Of a stretch of 64,000 bases of DNA, positions 27,890 to 37,877 are shown one piece after another (position 1 is the first letter of the stretch; each line of letters starts with the position of its first letter). This stretch comes from Cenarchaeum sp. GTDB taxonomy: Archaea; Thermoproteota; Nitrososphaeria; Nitrososphaerales; Nitrosopumilaceae. The stretch is taken from positions 1,504,001 to 1,568,000 of the forward strand of contig CBDESU010000002.1 in NCBI GenBank assembly GCA_965242695.1, in the 5' to 3' direction. The notes below the pieces were generated by a model. The model did not search any database. It saw only the letters and a program-made list of their open reading frames with translations, and was not told the origin of the DNA. A program made the translations under genes and the position numbers.

Positions 27890-28978
27890 CTACGCCTCCC
27901 CGCCCGCCCCGTCACCGCTTCCGGCCCCGCCCGGCTCGAGGCCCGCCGCGATGCGCAGCGCGTCGACCAGGCCGTCGGCGTACCCCGCGCACAGGACGGC
28001 GACCTCTTCGTCGCCGGCATCAAGAAAGTGGACGGCGTCGTCCAGGTAGCGGCCGGCGCTGTCGAGTATCTCGCCGCGCCGGGGCACGCCGTCCAGGCCC
28101 CGCGCGCCGCCGAGCGCGCGCATCGCCTCCCTGACGGCGGGCACGTACTTTGCGACCATCCTGCGCGGTACGCTCGCGACCCTGTCCGAGTTGCCCTCGG
28201 GCGGGTCGGCGCAGTCCGCCAGGGCGGCGAGCGCGTCGGACTCTGTAAAGTGCAGCGAGCCGGGCACGACTAGCGCATGCGGCGGCCTGCCAAAGTCCCT
28301 GCCGCGCAGCGATGCGACCCTGCCGGCCGCCACCGCCTGGTCGGGCAGGCCTATCCTGGATGCGACCGCAGCGTACGTCGATCCGTCGAACGCGCCGCGC
28401 CACTGCCTGCCCGCGTCGGCCTCGGCTAGCATGTCCATGGCCCGCCCGGGCTCTAGGAAGAAGCCGCCGCCCTCCTCGTCGTACTCTAGCAGGAGGACGG
28501 TGTGGCTGCCGGCTGCGATGCCCGCGCGCAGGATGCGGTGCGTCGAGGCCGCCGCGCCGGCCCCTCGCATTACGGTCGCGACGCGGCCGACCTTGTAGTG
28601 GTGCAGCCCGCACTCGCCGACGATCGCAGTGAGGGCCGACGCGGCGTAGACCGTCCTAGTCGGCACGCCGGCCCGCGCGGCGCGCACGCGCAGCTCCGTG
28701 TGCGTGGTCGCCGCGTACGGGTCGCCGTACGATACGACGGCCACGTCGTCGCCGGCGCCGGCCCTGCGCAGTATCTCCGAGCCGTCCTCGACCATCCACC
28801 TGCGGGCCCACACGAGGCGCCCGCCGGCGAGCCTTTCCACCTCGGACTCGGCCCCCTCCGGCCACGGACTCGTAAACCGCTCGGCGTACACGGCCGCCGC
28901 GCCGGACACGGCCCGGCGCGCATCGCCGGAGAGCGAGCCGGCGCCGGACACGCCGGCGCCGACAAACCAGAGCGTCAC
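27890..28978 (-). CDS. dph5: diphthine synthase with C-terminal DUF357-like domain
   Basis: LWFVGAG, GDPYAATTHTEL, GLHHYKVGR, LHFTE; tail YLDDAVHF...GYADGLVDALR. Confidence 0.92.
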   Translation of the reverse strand: MTLWFVGAGVSGAGSLSGDARRAVSGAAAVYAERFTSPWPEGAESEVERLAGGRLVWARRWMVEDGSEILRRAGAGDDVAVVSYGDPYAATTHTELRVRAARAGVPTRTVYAASALTAIVGECGLHHYKVGRVATVMRGAGAAASTHRILRAGIAAGSHTVLLLEYDEEGGGFFLEPGRAMDMLAEADAGRQWRGAFDGSTYAAVASRIGLPDQAVAAGRVASLRGRDFGRPPHALVVPGSLHFTESDALAALADCADPPEGNSDRVASVPRRMVAKYVPAVREAMRALGGARGLDGVPRRGEILDSAGRYLDDAVHFLDAGDEEVAVLCAGYADGLVDALRIAAGLEPGGAGSGDGAGGEA

Positions 28979-30180
28979 GCCTCGGCCGCCCCGCCGCCGG
29001 GCGCCGCCTCCGCCGCCCTTTTCTTCCGGCCGGCCTCCCTGAGGGCCCTGTTGTCGTGGAGCCTCTTGACCTGCCGCAGCGTCTGCTTTATCACCTCGAT
29101 CCCGTCCAGGTACTCGGAGATCGAGACGGACTCGTTTATCGTGTGCGCCTTGTGCGGATCGCCGGGGCCGTACGTGACGACCGGCACGCTCATCCTGCTG
29201 CCGATGACGTTCATGTCGCCCGTCCCCGTCTTGCGTATGAGCGACGGCCTAGTCCCCTTTACGGCCTGCACGCTGAGGTTGAACGCGCGCACCAGGGGCG
29301 AGTCGTGCGGCGCCTCGAACGCCTCGGTCTCGTCGAGTATCGAGTAGAACGCGTCGACGCCGCGCTCGGCCGAGACGGCCTTTACGACCCGCGATATCCT
29401 CTCCTCGACGTCCTTGCAGCCGGTGCCGACGGGCACGCGTATGTCGATCGTCGCCTCGCAGTCCTTCGGGGTGACGTTGTGGCTCGTCCCGCCGCCTATC
29501 TTGGTGACCGTCGCCGTCAGGGCGGCGGCGCGGCTCGCCCCGGGCTCGGGACCATCCTCACCCTCTAGCTCGGCCTTGATGGCGGCGCAGAACCGCACGG
29601 CCTCCTCTATGGCGTTCTTCGAGAGCCACGGCGCGCTCGCATGCGAGCTGTCGGCCGCGCTCACGCGCAGGCTGATTGCGAGCCTGCCCTTGTACGCTAT
29701 CGTGACGTTCGTGAGGCCGCTCGGCTCGCCGAACACCGCGTAGTCTATGCCCAGGCCGTCGCCCTCGCTTGCCAGGTGCTTGATGCCGGTCGCGTTGCCC
29801 TCTTCGTCGACGGCGCCGACGAAGACGACGGTACCGGCGTCCTCGCCGGCGTCGGCGGCGGCGAGAAGCATGGCGATGAGCGGCGCCTTTGCGTCGGACG
29901 CGCCGCGCCCGTACAAGAGGTCGCCCTCCCTGCGCACCCTGATCTTGCCGGGGACGACGTCCATGTGGCCGCACAGCATCGTCGTCGGCGAGCCCGACCC
30001 CTTCGTGGCGATCAGGTTGCCCACGTCGTCGATGCGTATGTTCTCGAACCCGAGGTCGTCGCACTTGTCGGCCAGGAACTCGGCGAGCGGTCTCTCCGAG
30101 AGGGACGGCGTGTACAGGCGCAGCGCCTTTTCGAGGATCTTTACGGCAAACTTTGGCGAGGACGCCAGCGATCCGTTCAT
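28975..30180 (-). CDS. lysK: [LysW]-lysine/[LysW]-ornithine hydrolase (M20 family)
   Basis: LCGHMDVVPG, GRGASDAK, VDEEG, FGEPSG, TGDMN, YGPGD. Confidence 0.92.
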   Translation of the reverse strand: MNGSLASSPKFAVKILEKALRLYTPSLSERPLAEFLADKCDDLGFENIRIDDVGNLIATKGSGSPTTMLCGHMDVVPGKIRVRREGDLLYGRGASDAKAPLIAMLLAAADAGEDAGTVVFVGAVDEEGNATGIKHLASEGDGLGIDYAVFGEPSGLTNVTIAYKGRLAISLRVSAADSSHASAPWLSKNAIEEAVRFCAAIKAELEGEDGPEPGASRAAALTATVTKIGGGTSHNVTPKDCEATIDIRVPVGTGCKDVEERISRVVKAVSAERGVDAFYSILDETEAFEAPHDSPLVRAFNLSVQAVKGTRPSLIRKTGTGDMNVIGSRMSVPVVTYGPGDPHKAHTINESVSISEYLDGIEVIKQTLRQVKRLHDNRALREAGRKKRAAEAAPGGGAAEA

Positions 30181-31181
30181 TCCCGGCCGCCTCCGCCCGC
30201 CGCGCGCCCTGCCGCCGACGCCGCCGCGGCCTCGGCCGCCTCTGGGCCCGCCGCGTACCCGACCATCATCGCCGCAATGTCGACTTCGCACACCCTCGTG
30301 GTGTTCTTGAACTCGGTCGTGTTGTTGACCTCGTGGACGACGTAGCCGCGGCCGGGATCCTCCATGAGGTCGACGCCGACTATCAGCCCGCCGACGGCGT
30401 CCTTTGCGCGTATGCACAGCTCCTCGAGCTCGCCCGAGACGGCGCACGGCTCGGCCCTGCCGCCGAGGGCCGTGTTCGTCTTCCACGAGCCGTCGCCCGA
30501 GTAGCGGTAGATGGCCGCCGCGGCCCGGTCGCCGACCATTATGACCCGTATGTCGCGGGGCGGGCGCCTTACGAGCTCCTCGATGTAGTGCACGTGGTAT
30601 ATCGGGTACATGGACTCGCGCATGGCGATTATCCCGGCGGCCGCCTCGGGGCCGGACAGCCTCGAGACCATCCTCCCCCAGCTGCCGACGGTCGGCTTGA
30701 TGACGGCGGGGTACCCGCGCCGGCCAAGGGACTCGAGGGCCGCCTGCGCCGAGAATGCGACCGCCGCGTCCGGCGTCGGCACGCCTGCCCTTGCCAGGAG
30801 CGTGTGCGAGTACAGCTTGTTGCCTGCCAGGATGGCCGCCATCATCGGGTTGATCACCGCGCCGCCGACGCCCTCGACGGCCGCCGTCGAGTGGACGTTG
30901 CGGTAGTAGCTGACGCAGCGCTGCAGGACCGTCCCGTACTCGGACGGGTCGACGGTGGCGCCGCCCCCCGCCCCGTCGGGGCCGCGCCCCGAGCCGCCGG
31001 CCGGCAGGCGCCCCGAGTCGAGGTCGACTGCCAGGCCGCGGCAGTCTACCATGCGCACCTCGGCGCCCGCCTTTGCGCCTGCGTTGGCAAGGGCCTTTTC
31101 CTCCCACCTGATCGAGTCGTACAGGACGGTCACGCGCCGCCCCTGCGCGCCGCCGCGGCCCGAGCCGCCCGGCGCCATCAC
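30177..31181 (-). CDS. lysX: LysX ATP-grasp ligase (copy next to homocitrate synthase)
   Basis: LYDSIRWEEK, LQRCVSYYR, KPTVGSWGR, WKTNTALGG, HEVNNTTEFKN. Confidence 0.93.
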   Translation of the reverse strand: MMAPGGSGRGGAQGRRVTVLYDSIRWEEKALANAGAKAGAEVRMVDCRGLAVDLDSGRLPAGGSGRGPDGAGGGATVDPSEYGTVLQRCVSYYRNVHSTAAVEGVGGAVINPMMAAILAGNKLYSHTLLARAGVPTPDAAVAFSAQAALESLGRRGYPAVIKPTVGSWGRMVSRLSGPEAAAGIIAMRESMYPIYHVHYIEELVRRPPRDIRVIMVGDRAAAAIYRYSGDGSWKTNTALGGRAEPCAVSGELEELCIRAKDAVGGLIVGVDLMEDPGRGYVVHEVNNTTEFKNTTRVCEVDIAAMMVGYAAGPEAAEAAAASAAGRAAGGGGRE

Positions 31182-31351
31182 TGCCCCCAGTCCTCGCCGA
31201 CCGTGTCGGCTGGCTTGAGCGTAAATCCCCCGCTGTCCGCCAGCGCGCCCAGCTCAAAGCTCGCGCCGCACTCGGGGCACGTCACGATCTCGCCGCTGAG
31301 GGCGTCGCCGGGCACCGGTATCGCCCCGTCGCACTCGTCACACTTTGCCAC
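31178..31351 (-). CDS. lysW: LysW carrier protein, C-terminus EDWGQ
   Basis: MAKCDECDGAIPVPGDALSGEIVTCPECGASFELGALADSGGFTLKPADTVGEDWGQ*; below the ORF-track size limit. Confidence 0.93.
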   Translation of the reverse strand: MAKCDECDGAIPVPGDALSGEIVTCPECGASFELGALADSGGFTLKPADTVGEDWGQ

Positions 31352-32558
31352 TGCCGCCTCGCTCTCCCGCGCCGCCGGCGCGCCGCCGGCCTGTTATTTT
31401 CCTTGCGATCCTCTCGTCAAGGGGTATCTCCAGCAGGTCGCCCATGCGCATGTCCTTGAGGCCCGCCGCCACGGCGGCAGCCTGCCGCGCGTCGGACGCG
31501 TCCAGGCCCAGCAGCGCCATGAGGTACGACGCGCCCGTCCTGCCCGCAAGCTCGCCGAACACGATCCGCCGCGCGTTGCCGACCTCCCTCGGCGGGACGG
31601 GCTCGTACGCGGCGGGGTTGCGCAGGACGGCGGCCAGGTGGGTGCCGGCCTTGTGCTTGTACGCAGACGAGCCGACGACCGGCTTGGACTCGGGGGTCGG
31701 CAGCGACGTGTACTCGGACACCGTCCTCGACATGTCCTGCAGCATGTCGAGCCTAAAGTCGTTGGGCGACTCGTACAGGTAGTGCAGGGACACGGCGACC
31801 TCGGCCAGCGGCGGTATGCCCGTCCGCTCCCCTATCCCGTCTATCGTGGTGTGCACCTGGTCGGCGCCGGCGTCGACGGCGGCAAGGGCGTTGGCGACGG
31901 CCAGGCCCATGTCGTTGTGCACGTGCACGTCGAGCGGCGTGCTGACCGCGGCGCGCACCCTCCCGACGAACGCGCGCATGCCGGCGGGGCACATGACGCC
32001 GACCGTGTCGGGGAGGCTTATGCGGTCCGCGCCTGCCTCCTCGATCGCCCTGCACGCCTCGATCAGGAACGCCGGGTCGGCCCTGCTGCCGTCCTCTACC
32101 GTAAAGCGGATCTTGAGGCCGTGCGACTTTGCATACTCGACCGTGTCGACGGCCCTGCGCAGGGCCTCTTCCCGGGTTATGCGCAGCTTGTCCCTCAGGT
32201 GGACGTCGGAGACGCCGAGGTACGCGGCGACCCACCTTGCGCCGCACCTCCGCGAGACGTCGATATCCTCCCTCAGGGCCCGCCCGTGGGCGACGATGTC
32301 GGCCGAGAGCGACTGCCCGATTATCGCCTTCGTGGCCTCGGCGTGGTCGGGCGATATGATTGGCGATATCTCTATCTGGTCGACCCCAAAGTAGTCGAGC
32401 AGCCATGCGATCTGTATGCGCTGCTTGTTCGTGAACGACACGCCGGGGTGCTGCTCGCCCTCGCGCAGCGTGCTGTCGAGTATGCGCACGCGCCGGTCCC
32501 TCGACTCGCCGGCCCCCTCGGCGTTGTACGCGCGCGCGTGCCTGTTGTAGTCGGCCAT
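31338..32558 (-). CDS. homocitrate synthase (LeuA/DRE-TIM family)
   Basis: LDSTLREGEQ, LPDTVG, HVHNDMGLA, GIGERTG, HKAGTH; located in the lys cluster. Confidence 0.88.
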   Translation of the reverse strand: MADYNRHARAYNAEGAGESRDRRVRILDSTLREGEQHPGVSFTNKQRIQIAWLLDYFGVDQIEISPIISPDHAEATKAIIGQSLSADIVAHGRALREDIDVSRRCGARWVAAYLGVSDVHLRDKLRITREEALRRAVDTVEYAKSHGLKIRFTVEDGSRADPAFLIEACRAIEEAGADRISLPDTVGVMCPAGMRAFVGRVRAAVSTPLDVHVHNDMGLAVANALAAVDAGADQVHTTIDGIGERTGIPPLAEVAVSLHYLYESPNDFRLDMLQDMSRTVSEYTSLPTPESKPVVGSSAYKHKAGTHLAAVLRNPAAYEPVPPREVGNARRIVFGELAGRTGASYLMALLGLDASDARQAAAVAAGLKDMRMGDLLEIPLDERIARKITGRRRAGGAGERGGSGKV

Positions 32559-32687
32559 GCGCGGCGCGCGCCGGATCCCCCCTATAAAACATGCCTACCG
32601 GCGGTGGGCATTTGCGCGCCGCGGGCGCGATATGGTGCAGATTATGCCCGCCCGGGGCGGAAATGGCCTCTTTTGGGGCGTATTTTG

Positions 32688-33251
32688 TCAGACCACCGTC
32701 TTGAGTATTATGACGGTGTTCGTGTCCGTCACGCCGGGCACCCGCCTCACGGTGTCTATGGTCTCGTTGACCTGGTCGATTCCTGCGGCGCTCATAATAA
32801 TGGCAATGTCGTGCTGGCCGGTAATCTCGTATATCCTCGCCGTCGTGGCGCGCCATGCGCCGCCCGGGCCCCGCCCGCCGCGCCGCCCGGGCCCCGCCCG
32901 CCGCGCCCCGCCGCGCCCCGTTCTCCCGCCCGAGTCCCCCGCGGCAAGGGCCCTGAGGGATGCCGATATCTTTGATATGTCCGACGCCGACTCGGCCGAG
33001 ACGAGGACGATGGCCTTTGCGCCTGCGCCGTCGCCCCGCTCCACCGTGAACCTGACGGCCCCACCGGCGGCCATCCTGGCCAGGCGCTTGCGCGTCCCCG
33101 TCTCGGACATGCCGACCCTCTTGGCGAGCTTTGCGACGGGCATGCGCGCATCGCCGGCGAGCGCGGCGATGATCTCCTCATCGTGATCGGGCGTACTTCC
33201 GCCGGCCGCCGCGGCCGCGGCCGCCCGCGGGGGGCGCCTCCTGCCGGCCAC
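32688..33251 (-). CDS. lysM: Lrp/AsnC regulator LysM
   Basis: DEEIIAAL..DARMP..LAKRVGMSETGTRKRL; IYEITGQHDI; internal Gly/Arg-rich insert. Start is estimated. Confidence 0.85.
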   Translation of the reverse strand: MAGRRRPPRAAAAAAAGGSTPDHDEEIIAALAGDARMPVAKLAKRVGMSETGTRKRLARMAAGGAVRFTVERGDGAGAKAIVLVSAESASDISKISASLRALAAGDSGGRTGRGGARRAGPGRRGGRGPGGAWRATTARIYEITGQHDIAIIMSAAGIDQVNETIDTVRRVPGVTDTNTVIILKTVV

Positions 33252-33258
33252 CGGCGCA

Positions 33259-34482
33259 TCACCTGCGCCCTGGCGCAGCGGCGCCGGACTGCCCCGCGCC
33301 GCCGCCTTCGCCGGACCTCTTTTTCTCCTCTGCGCCGAGCACGTCGTCGAGCGTGTCGACGACGGCGCCCGCATCGTCCCTGGTGAGGACGAGGGGCGGC
33401 AGCAGCCTCAGTATGTTGCGCCCCGAGTAGAGCAGCAGCAGGCCGCGCCTGATCGACTCGAGCAGGACGTCGCGCACCTCGAAGCGCAGCTCGACGCCTA
33501 TCATGAGGCCGCGCCCGCGCACCTCGCGGATGATGCGCCTCTTTTCGCGCAGGCGCTCGAGGCGGCCGATGAGCTCGGCGCCGACGCTCGCCGCGTTCTC
33601 GGGCATGCCCTCGCCGCGTATGGCATCGAGCGTCGCCGTGCCGGCGGCGCACGAGAGCGGGTTGCCGCCGAACGTCGAGGTGTGCTCGCCCCTGCCGAGG
33701 CTCGAGAGTATCTCGGGCCTTGCGAGGGTCGCGCCCATGGGCACGCCGCCGGCGATCCCCTTTGCCAGGCACATGACGTCTGGCGCGACGCCGTCGTGCT
33801 CGGCCGCCCACATGCGGCCCGTGCGGCCGAGGCCCGACTGGATCTCGTCAAAGGCGAGGACGGCGCCGTTCTCGTCGCACGCCGCGCGCGCCTCGCGCAG
33901 GAATCCGTCGGGGGCCGGATAGATGCCGCGCTCGCCCTGGACGGGCTCGGCGATGACCATTGCCGTGTCCCGGCCGACGGCGGCGCGCAGCGCGTCCGCA
34001 TCGCCGAACGGCACGAACTCTACGGGGCCGATCAGCGGCTCAAAGCTCTTGCGGTACTTTGGCCCAAACGTCATCGACAGGGCCCCCATCGTCTTGCCGT
34101 GGTAGGCCCCCCGCATGGCCACGACCTTGCGGCGGCCCGTGAACTTGAGGGCCATCTTGAGGGCCGCCTCGGCCGCCTCGGCCCCGCTGTTGTTCAGGTG
34201 CGCCTGCTCGAGGCCGGCCGGCGCCTCCTTGACGAGCCTCTCGAGGAACGCCTCGCGCTCGGGGCTGTACAGCGACGGGTGGACGGTAACGACCCTGTCG
34301 AGTTGCGCGCGCACGGCGGCGACGACGGACGGGTGGCGGTGGCCGACGAGGGCCACCCCGTACCCAGCCATGCAGTCGATGTACTCTTTTCCGGCATCGT
34401 CCCACACGCGCGTCCCCTCTGCCCTTGCGACCCTCACTGGAAACCTCTGGTAGAGGCCCCCCATGCGCTCGTCCTCAGTCAC
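33259..34482 (-). CDS. lysJ: [LysW]-aminoadipate/glutamate semialdehyde transaminase
   Basis: YIDCMAGYG, NSGAEA, DEIQSGLGRTG, AKGIAGG, STFGGNPL. Confidence 0.93.
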   Translation of the reverse strand: MTEDERMGGLYQRFPVRVARAEGTRVWDDAGKEYIDCMAGYGVALVGHRHPSVVAAVRAQLDRVVTVHPSLYSPEREAFLERLVKEAPAGLEQAHLNNSGAEAAEAALKMALKFTGRRKVVAMRGAYHGKTMGALSMTFGPKYRKSFEPLIGPVEFVPFGDADALRAAVGRDTAMVIAEPVQGERGIYPAPDGFLREARAACDENGAVLAFDEIQSGLGRTGRMWAAEHDGVAPDVMCLAKGIAGGVPMGATLARPEILSSLGRGEHTSTFGGNPLSCAAGTATLDAIRGEGMPENAASVGAELIGRLERLREKRRIIREVRGRGLMIGVELRFEVRDVLLESIRRGLLLLYSGRNILRLLPPLVLTRDDAGAVVDTLDDVLGAEEKKRSGEGGGAGQSGAAAPGRR

Positions 34483-35281
34483 CGCTGATCACCGTGCATC
34501 CGTCGTGCGCGATCGCCGACGATATAGGGTTTTGCCGCGAGCCGCTCGCTATGAGGGCCTCGCCGACGCCCATGCCGAGGGCCTCGCCGGCGGCGAGCAG
34601 CTTTTTCTCCATGCCGGGGCCGGCCTTTGCGCGCGCCTTCTCGGCGCCGCCCCTCGTGAGCGACCCGACCAGCCTGCCCGACTCGTCTAGCAGCCCGTCG
34701 ACGTCCGTTATGAACAGGACGCGGTCGGCGCCGGACGCGCCGGCCACGTACGCGGCGGCCCTGTCGCCGTCGACGTTGAGCAGCTCGTTGTCGGCGCCGA
34801 TCGCGACGGGCGAGACGACGGGGACCATCCCGGCCTCGAGCAGCGACCCGAGCAGCCCCGCGTTGACCGCCCTTATCTTGCCCGTGTACCCCCCGTCGAT
34901 GGCCTGCTTGCGGCCCCTCTCGTTTACGATCACGAGCCGCGCCTTGCGCTCGGCCTCGATCGTCCGCCCGTCGACCCCGGACAGGCCGACGGCGTTGACG
35001 CCGGCGGCCTGCAGCATGCGGACTATCCCTGTGCTGATCCGGCCCGCCATGACCATGGCGAATATCTCGACGGTCCGCTCGTCGGTGTAGCGGCTGCGGA
35101 TGCCGCCCGGCGACGTGACAAACCTCGGCTCGACGCCCATCTGCTCGCACACGCTAGTGACGTCCTTGCCGCCGCCGTGCACGATGATCGCCCCCTCGGC
35201 CGCGGCGACCTCCCTGATGTCGTCGACGGCCGACGGGTGCAGGCCGGAGACGATGCTGCCGCCTATCTTGACTACGATCAT
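34475..35281 (-). CDS. lysZ: [LysW]-aminoadipate/glutamate kinase
   Basis: IVVKIGGS, VHGGG, SRYTD, LLNVDGDRAA. Confidence 0.94.
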   Translation of the reverse strand: MIVVKIGGSIVSGLHPSAVDDIREVAAAEGAIIVHGGGKDVTSVCEQMGVEPRFVTSPGGIRSRYTDERTVEIFAMVMAGRISTGIVRMLQAAGVNAVGLSGVDGRTIEAERKARLVIVNERGRKQAIDGGYTGKIRAVNAGLLGSLLEAGMVPVVSPVAIGADNELLNVDGDRAAAYVAGASGADRVLFITDVDGLLDESGRLVGSLTRGGAEKARAKAGPGMEKKLLAAGEALGMGVGEALIASGSRQNPISSAIAHDGCTVISGD

Positions 35282-35287
35282 CGTACC

Positions 35288-36343
35288 CTACACCGGCGTG
35301 AGGGGCGTGTACCCGAGGCCGGCGTCCTCGTCGAACCCGGCCATGACGTTCATGTTCTGCACGGCAGACCCCGCCGCCCCCTTCATGAGGTTGTCCGAGG
35401 CCGACAGCGAGATGAGCCTGTTGTTGTCCTCGTCGATGTCGAACCCGATGTCGCAAAAGTTCGAGCCGACGACGAACTTTGGGTCGGGGAACTTGTAGAG
35501 GCCCTTCTTGTCCCGGATGAGCCTCACGAACCGCTCCTCGCCGTACGCGGCGCGGTATATCTTCCATATCTCCTTCTCGTCGATGCCGCCCTCGCCGCCG
35601 GCGACGAACGAGTGGTTCGTGCAGAGTATGCCGCGCACCACGTCGACGGCGTGGGGGCTCATCGAGACGCGGATCTTTTTCCCGGCGATCTCGCTCAGCT
35701 CCTGCTCTATCTCGCCCGTGTGGCGGTGCTTTGCCGGCTTGTACGGGCGGATGACGCTCGCCCGCATGGCATGCGACGTGCCGGCGCCCGACCCGGCGCC
35801 CGACGAGCCGATCTTCGAGTCGACGACGATGTGCTCGTGGCTTATGACGCCCTCGCGCACGAGCGGGGCGAGCGCAAGCGTCGCCGTGACGGCCATGCAG
35901 CCGGGGCACGAGACGAGCTTCGCGCCGCGTATCTGCTCGCGGTGCAGCTCGGGCACGCCGAACACCGACTTTGGCAGGTAGTCGGGGTGGGGGTGCTCCC
36001 AGCCGTACCACTTGTCGTAGTCGGCGGGGTCGTGGAGGCGGTAGTCGGCGCTCAGGTCGATCACCTTTACGCCCCTGTCGTACAGGGCCTTTACGATCTC
36101 GGTGGCCGTGCCGTGCGGGACGGCCGTGAATACGAGGTCGCACTTGTCCGAGAGGCGGTCGTAGTCTAGCTCGGAAAAGACGATGTCCGTAAAGCCCTTT
36201 AGGCTCGGGTGGACGCGGTGCAGGTACTCGCCGACGTGCTGGCGCGACGTGACGGCGCCGATCTCGACGTTGGGGTGCGAGATGAGCAGGCGCAGCGTCT
36301 CGCCGCCGACGTAGCCGGATGCACCGATGACGCCGACCTTCAC
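35288..36343 (-). CDS. lysY: [LysW]-aminoadipyl/glutamyl-phosphate reductase
   Basis: VIGASGYVGGE, DLSADYRL, SCPGCMA, DNLMKGAAG; GTG start with a GTTAAATT box 23-30 nt upstream. Confidence 0.94.
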   Translation of the reverse strand: MKVGVIGASGYVGGETLRLLISHPNVEIGAVTSRQHVGEYLHRVHPSLKGFTDIVFSELDYDRLSDKCDLVFTAVPHGTATEIVKALYDRGVKVIDLSADYRLHDPADYDKWYGWEHPHPDYLPKSVFGVPELHREQIRGAKLVSCPGCMAVTATLALAPLVREGVISHEHIVVDSKIGSSGAGSGAGTSHAMRASVIRPYKPAKHRHTGEIEQELSEIAGKKIRVSMSPHAVDVVRGILCTNHSFVAGGEGGIDEKEIWKIYRAAYGEERFVRLIRDKKGLYKFPDPKFVVGSNFCDIGFDIDEDNNRLISLSASDNLMKGAAGSAVQNMNVMAGFDEDAGLGYTPLTPV

Positions 36344-36368
36344 GGGGCGCCGGCCCGTCCCGTGTAAT

Positions 36369-36932
36369 TTAACCTGTATGGGCACGGCGGCCGCGGCGGG
36401 GACGCGGCGGGGACGGCGCCCCTTGGCGCGGCGGCCGGCCGGCCGGGGCGCCCGCGGCGCCGGGATGCGCGGGCGGGCTACCCGGAGCGGCCGCCCATCT
36501 TGGGGCATTCGCATCCCTGCTGGATCCATCCGCCGGCAGGGCGCCGGCCTGTCGCATGCAGAAGCGCGCGGCCTGGACGCGGTTCATCGCACCGGGGCCC
36601 TCTCCCGCGCCGCCGCCGGCCACGCTCCCGTTCCGCCCCGCCCCGCACTCTGCCAGCCTCCCGACCTCGCGCATGACGATCCCGTCTACCTGTCCGATCG
36701 TTCCGTACCCGCAACGCCCAAGGTCAGCCGCGAGCTGCCTGACCTCGGCCAGGCTGCCCTGGCTTCTGAGCACGAAGCGCCACTGGAGGTAGGCATCGAG
36801 GCTGTCGAAGCTGATGGGCATGCCGGGGCTTGCGTATGCGACGCCCTCGGGCAGGCCGATGCTGACCCTCCTGCCGCGGCGGCGCTTTGTCAGCTCGCCG
36901 GCCGCGACCATTGCATCGACCCTCGACCTCAC
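36369..36932 (-). other. possible degenerate HTH-containing ORF inside the lys/arg cluster
   Basis: GISDRNVRSRVDAMVAAGELTKRRRG is wHTH-like, but the 3' half is low-complexity. Confidence 0.3.
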
Positions 36933-36995
36933 GTTCCTGTCGCTAATACCGCCGCCGCGGTTCCGGCGCGCACGGACGCCGCCTCTCCGCCCTTC

Positions 36996-37877
36996 TCACC
37001 TGGCCGCCTGCTCTGCGGCGTACCTGACGATCTCGGCCGGTATGTTCGCGCCCGTCACGGCCGATATTCCCTTGAACTCGACCGTGTTGTTGACCTCGTG
37101 GACGACGAGGCGCCCGTCCTGCGCGAGGTCCTCCATCATGTCGATGCCGAGGACGCCCCCGCCGACTGCATCCGACGCGCGGGCCGCGAGCTCGGCCATC
37201 TCGGGCGTCACCTTGCACGGCTTCGGCTCGCCGCCGGCCGAGACGTTGGTCGTAAACGACCCCTTGCCGGCCTCGCGGTACTCGGCAGCTATGGCCCTGC
37301 CGCCGACCGAGACGACCCGTATGTCGCGCGGGGGGCGGTCGACGAGGCGCTGCAGGTAGTATATGCGGTCGTGCGGCGTGTCGGACAGCTCGCGCATCTC
37401 GGCGACGGCGTCGAGCGTGTCGGCGTCGCGCAGCGGCATGACTCCGCGCCCCCAGCTGCCGATGACCGGCTTGATGACGAGCGGGAGCCCCTCGGACGCG
37501 GCGCACTCGGACGCGGCCTCGCGGGTAAAGGCAAAGTGCGTCTCGGGGGTCGGCACGCCGCTCCCTGCGAGTCGGAGCGTCATGAGCATCTTGTTGCCGC
37601 ACACGGTGGCAGTGGACAGCGGGTTGACCACCGCAAGGCCCATCGACTCGAGGGCGGCCGTGACGTGCAGCCCGCGGATGTAGCTGATGCACCGCTCAAG
37701 GACGGCCTGCGAGCCGCCCCCGAGCCCGATGTCCTCTGGCCCCGTGCGCGTCGACAGCCTGAGGCTCTTTGCATCGACGGTAGCCGCCTCGTGACCCTGC
37801 GCGCGCGCCTCGTCGCGCAGCATCTTTTCCTCGGAGCGGAGGCGGTCGTACACGACGCATATGCGCGCCGACCCTAC
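36996..37877 (-). CDS. lysX: second LysX/ArgX ATP-grasp ligase (start codon unclear)
   Basis: VYDRLRSEEKML, LERCISYIRG, KPVIGSWGRG, HEVNNTVEFKG; first canonical start is GTG 37853. Confidence 0.9.
   Translation of the reverse strand, partial: VGSARICVVYDRLRSEEKMLRDEARAQGHEAATVDAKSLRLSTRTGPEDIGLGGGSQAVLERCISYIRGLHVTAALESMGLAVVNPLSTATVCGNKMLMTLRLAGSGVPTPETHFAFTREAASECAASEGLPLVIKPVIGSWGRGVMPLRDADTLDAVAEMRELSDTPHDRIYYLQRLVDRPPRDIRVVSVGGRAIAAEYREAGKGSFTTNVSAGGEPKPCKVTPEMAELAARASDAVGGGVLGIDMMEDLAQDGRLVVHEVNNTVEFKGISAVTGANIPAEIVRYAAEQAAR

Noticed and set aside
28975-31257. Apparent long fusions (lysK 760 aa, pdxT 550 aa, abiEii 467 aa, 43613-45598)
   Set aside because: The extensions are off-frame overlaps with neighbouring genes; better starts exist at the gene junctions.
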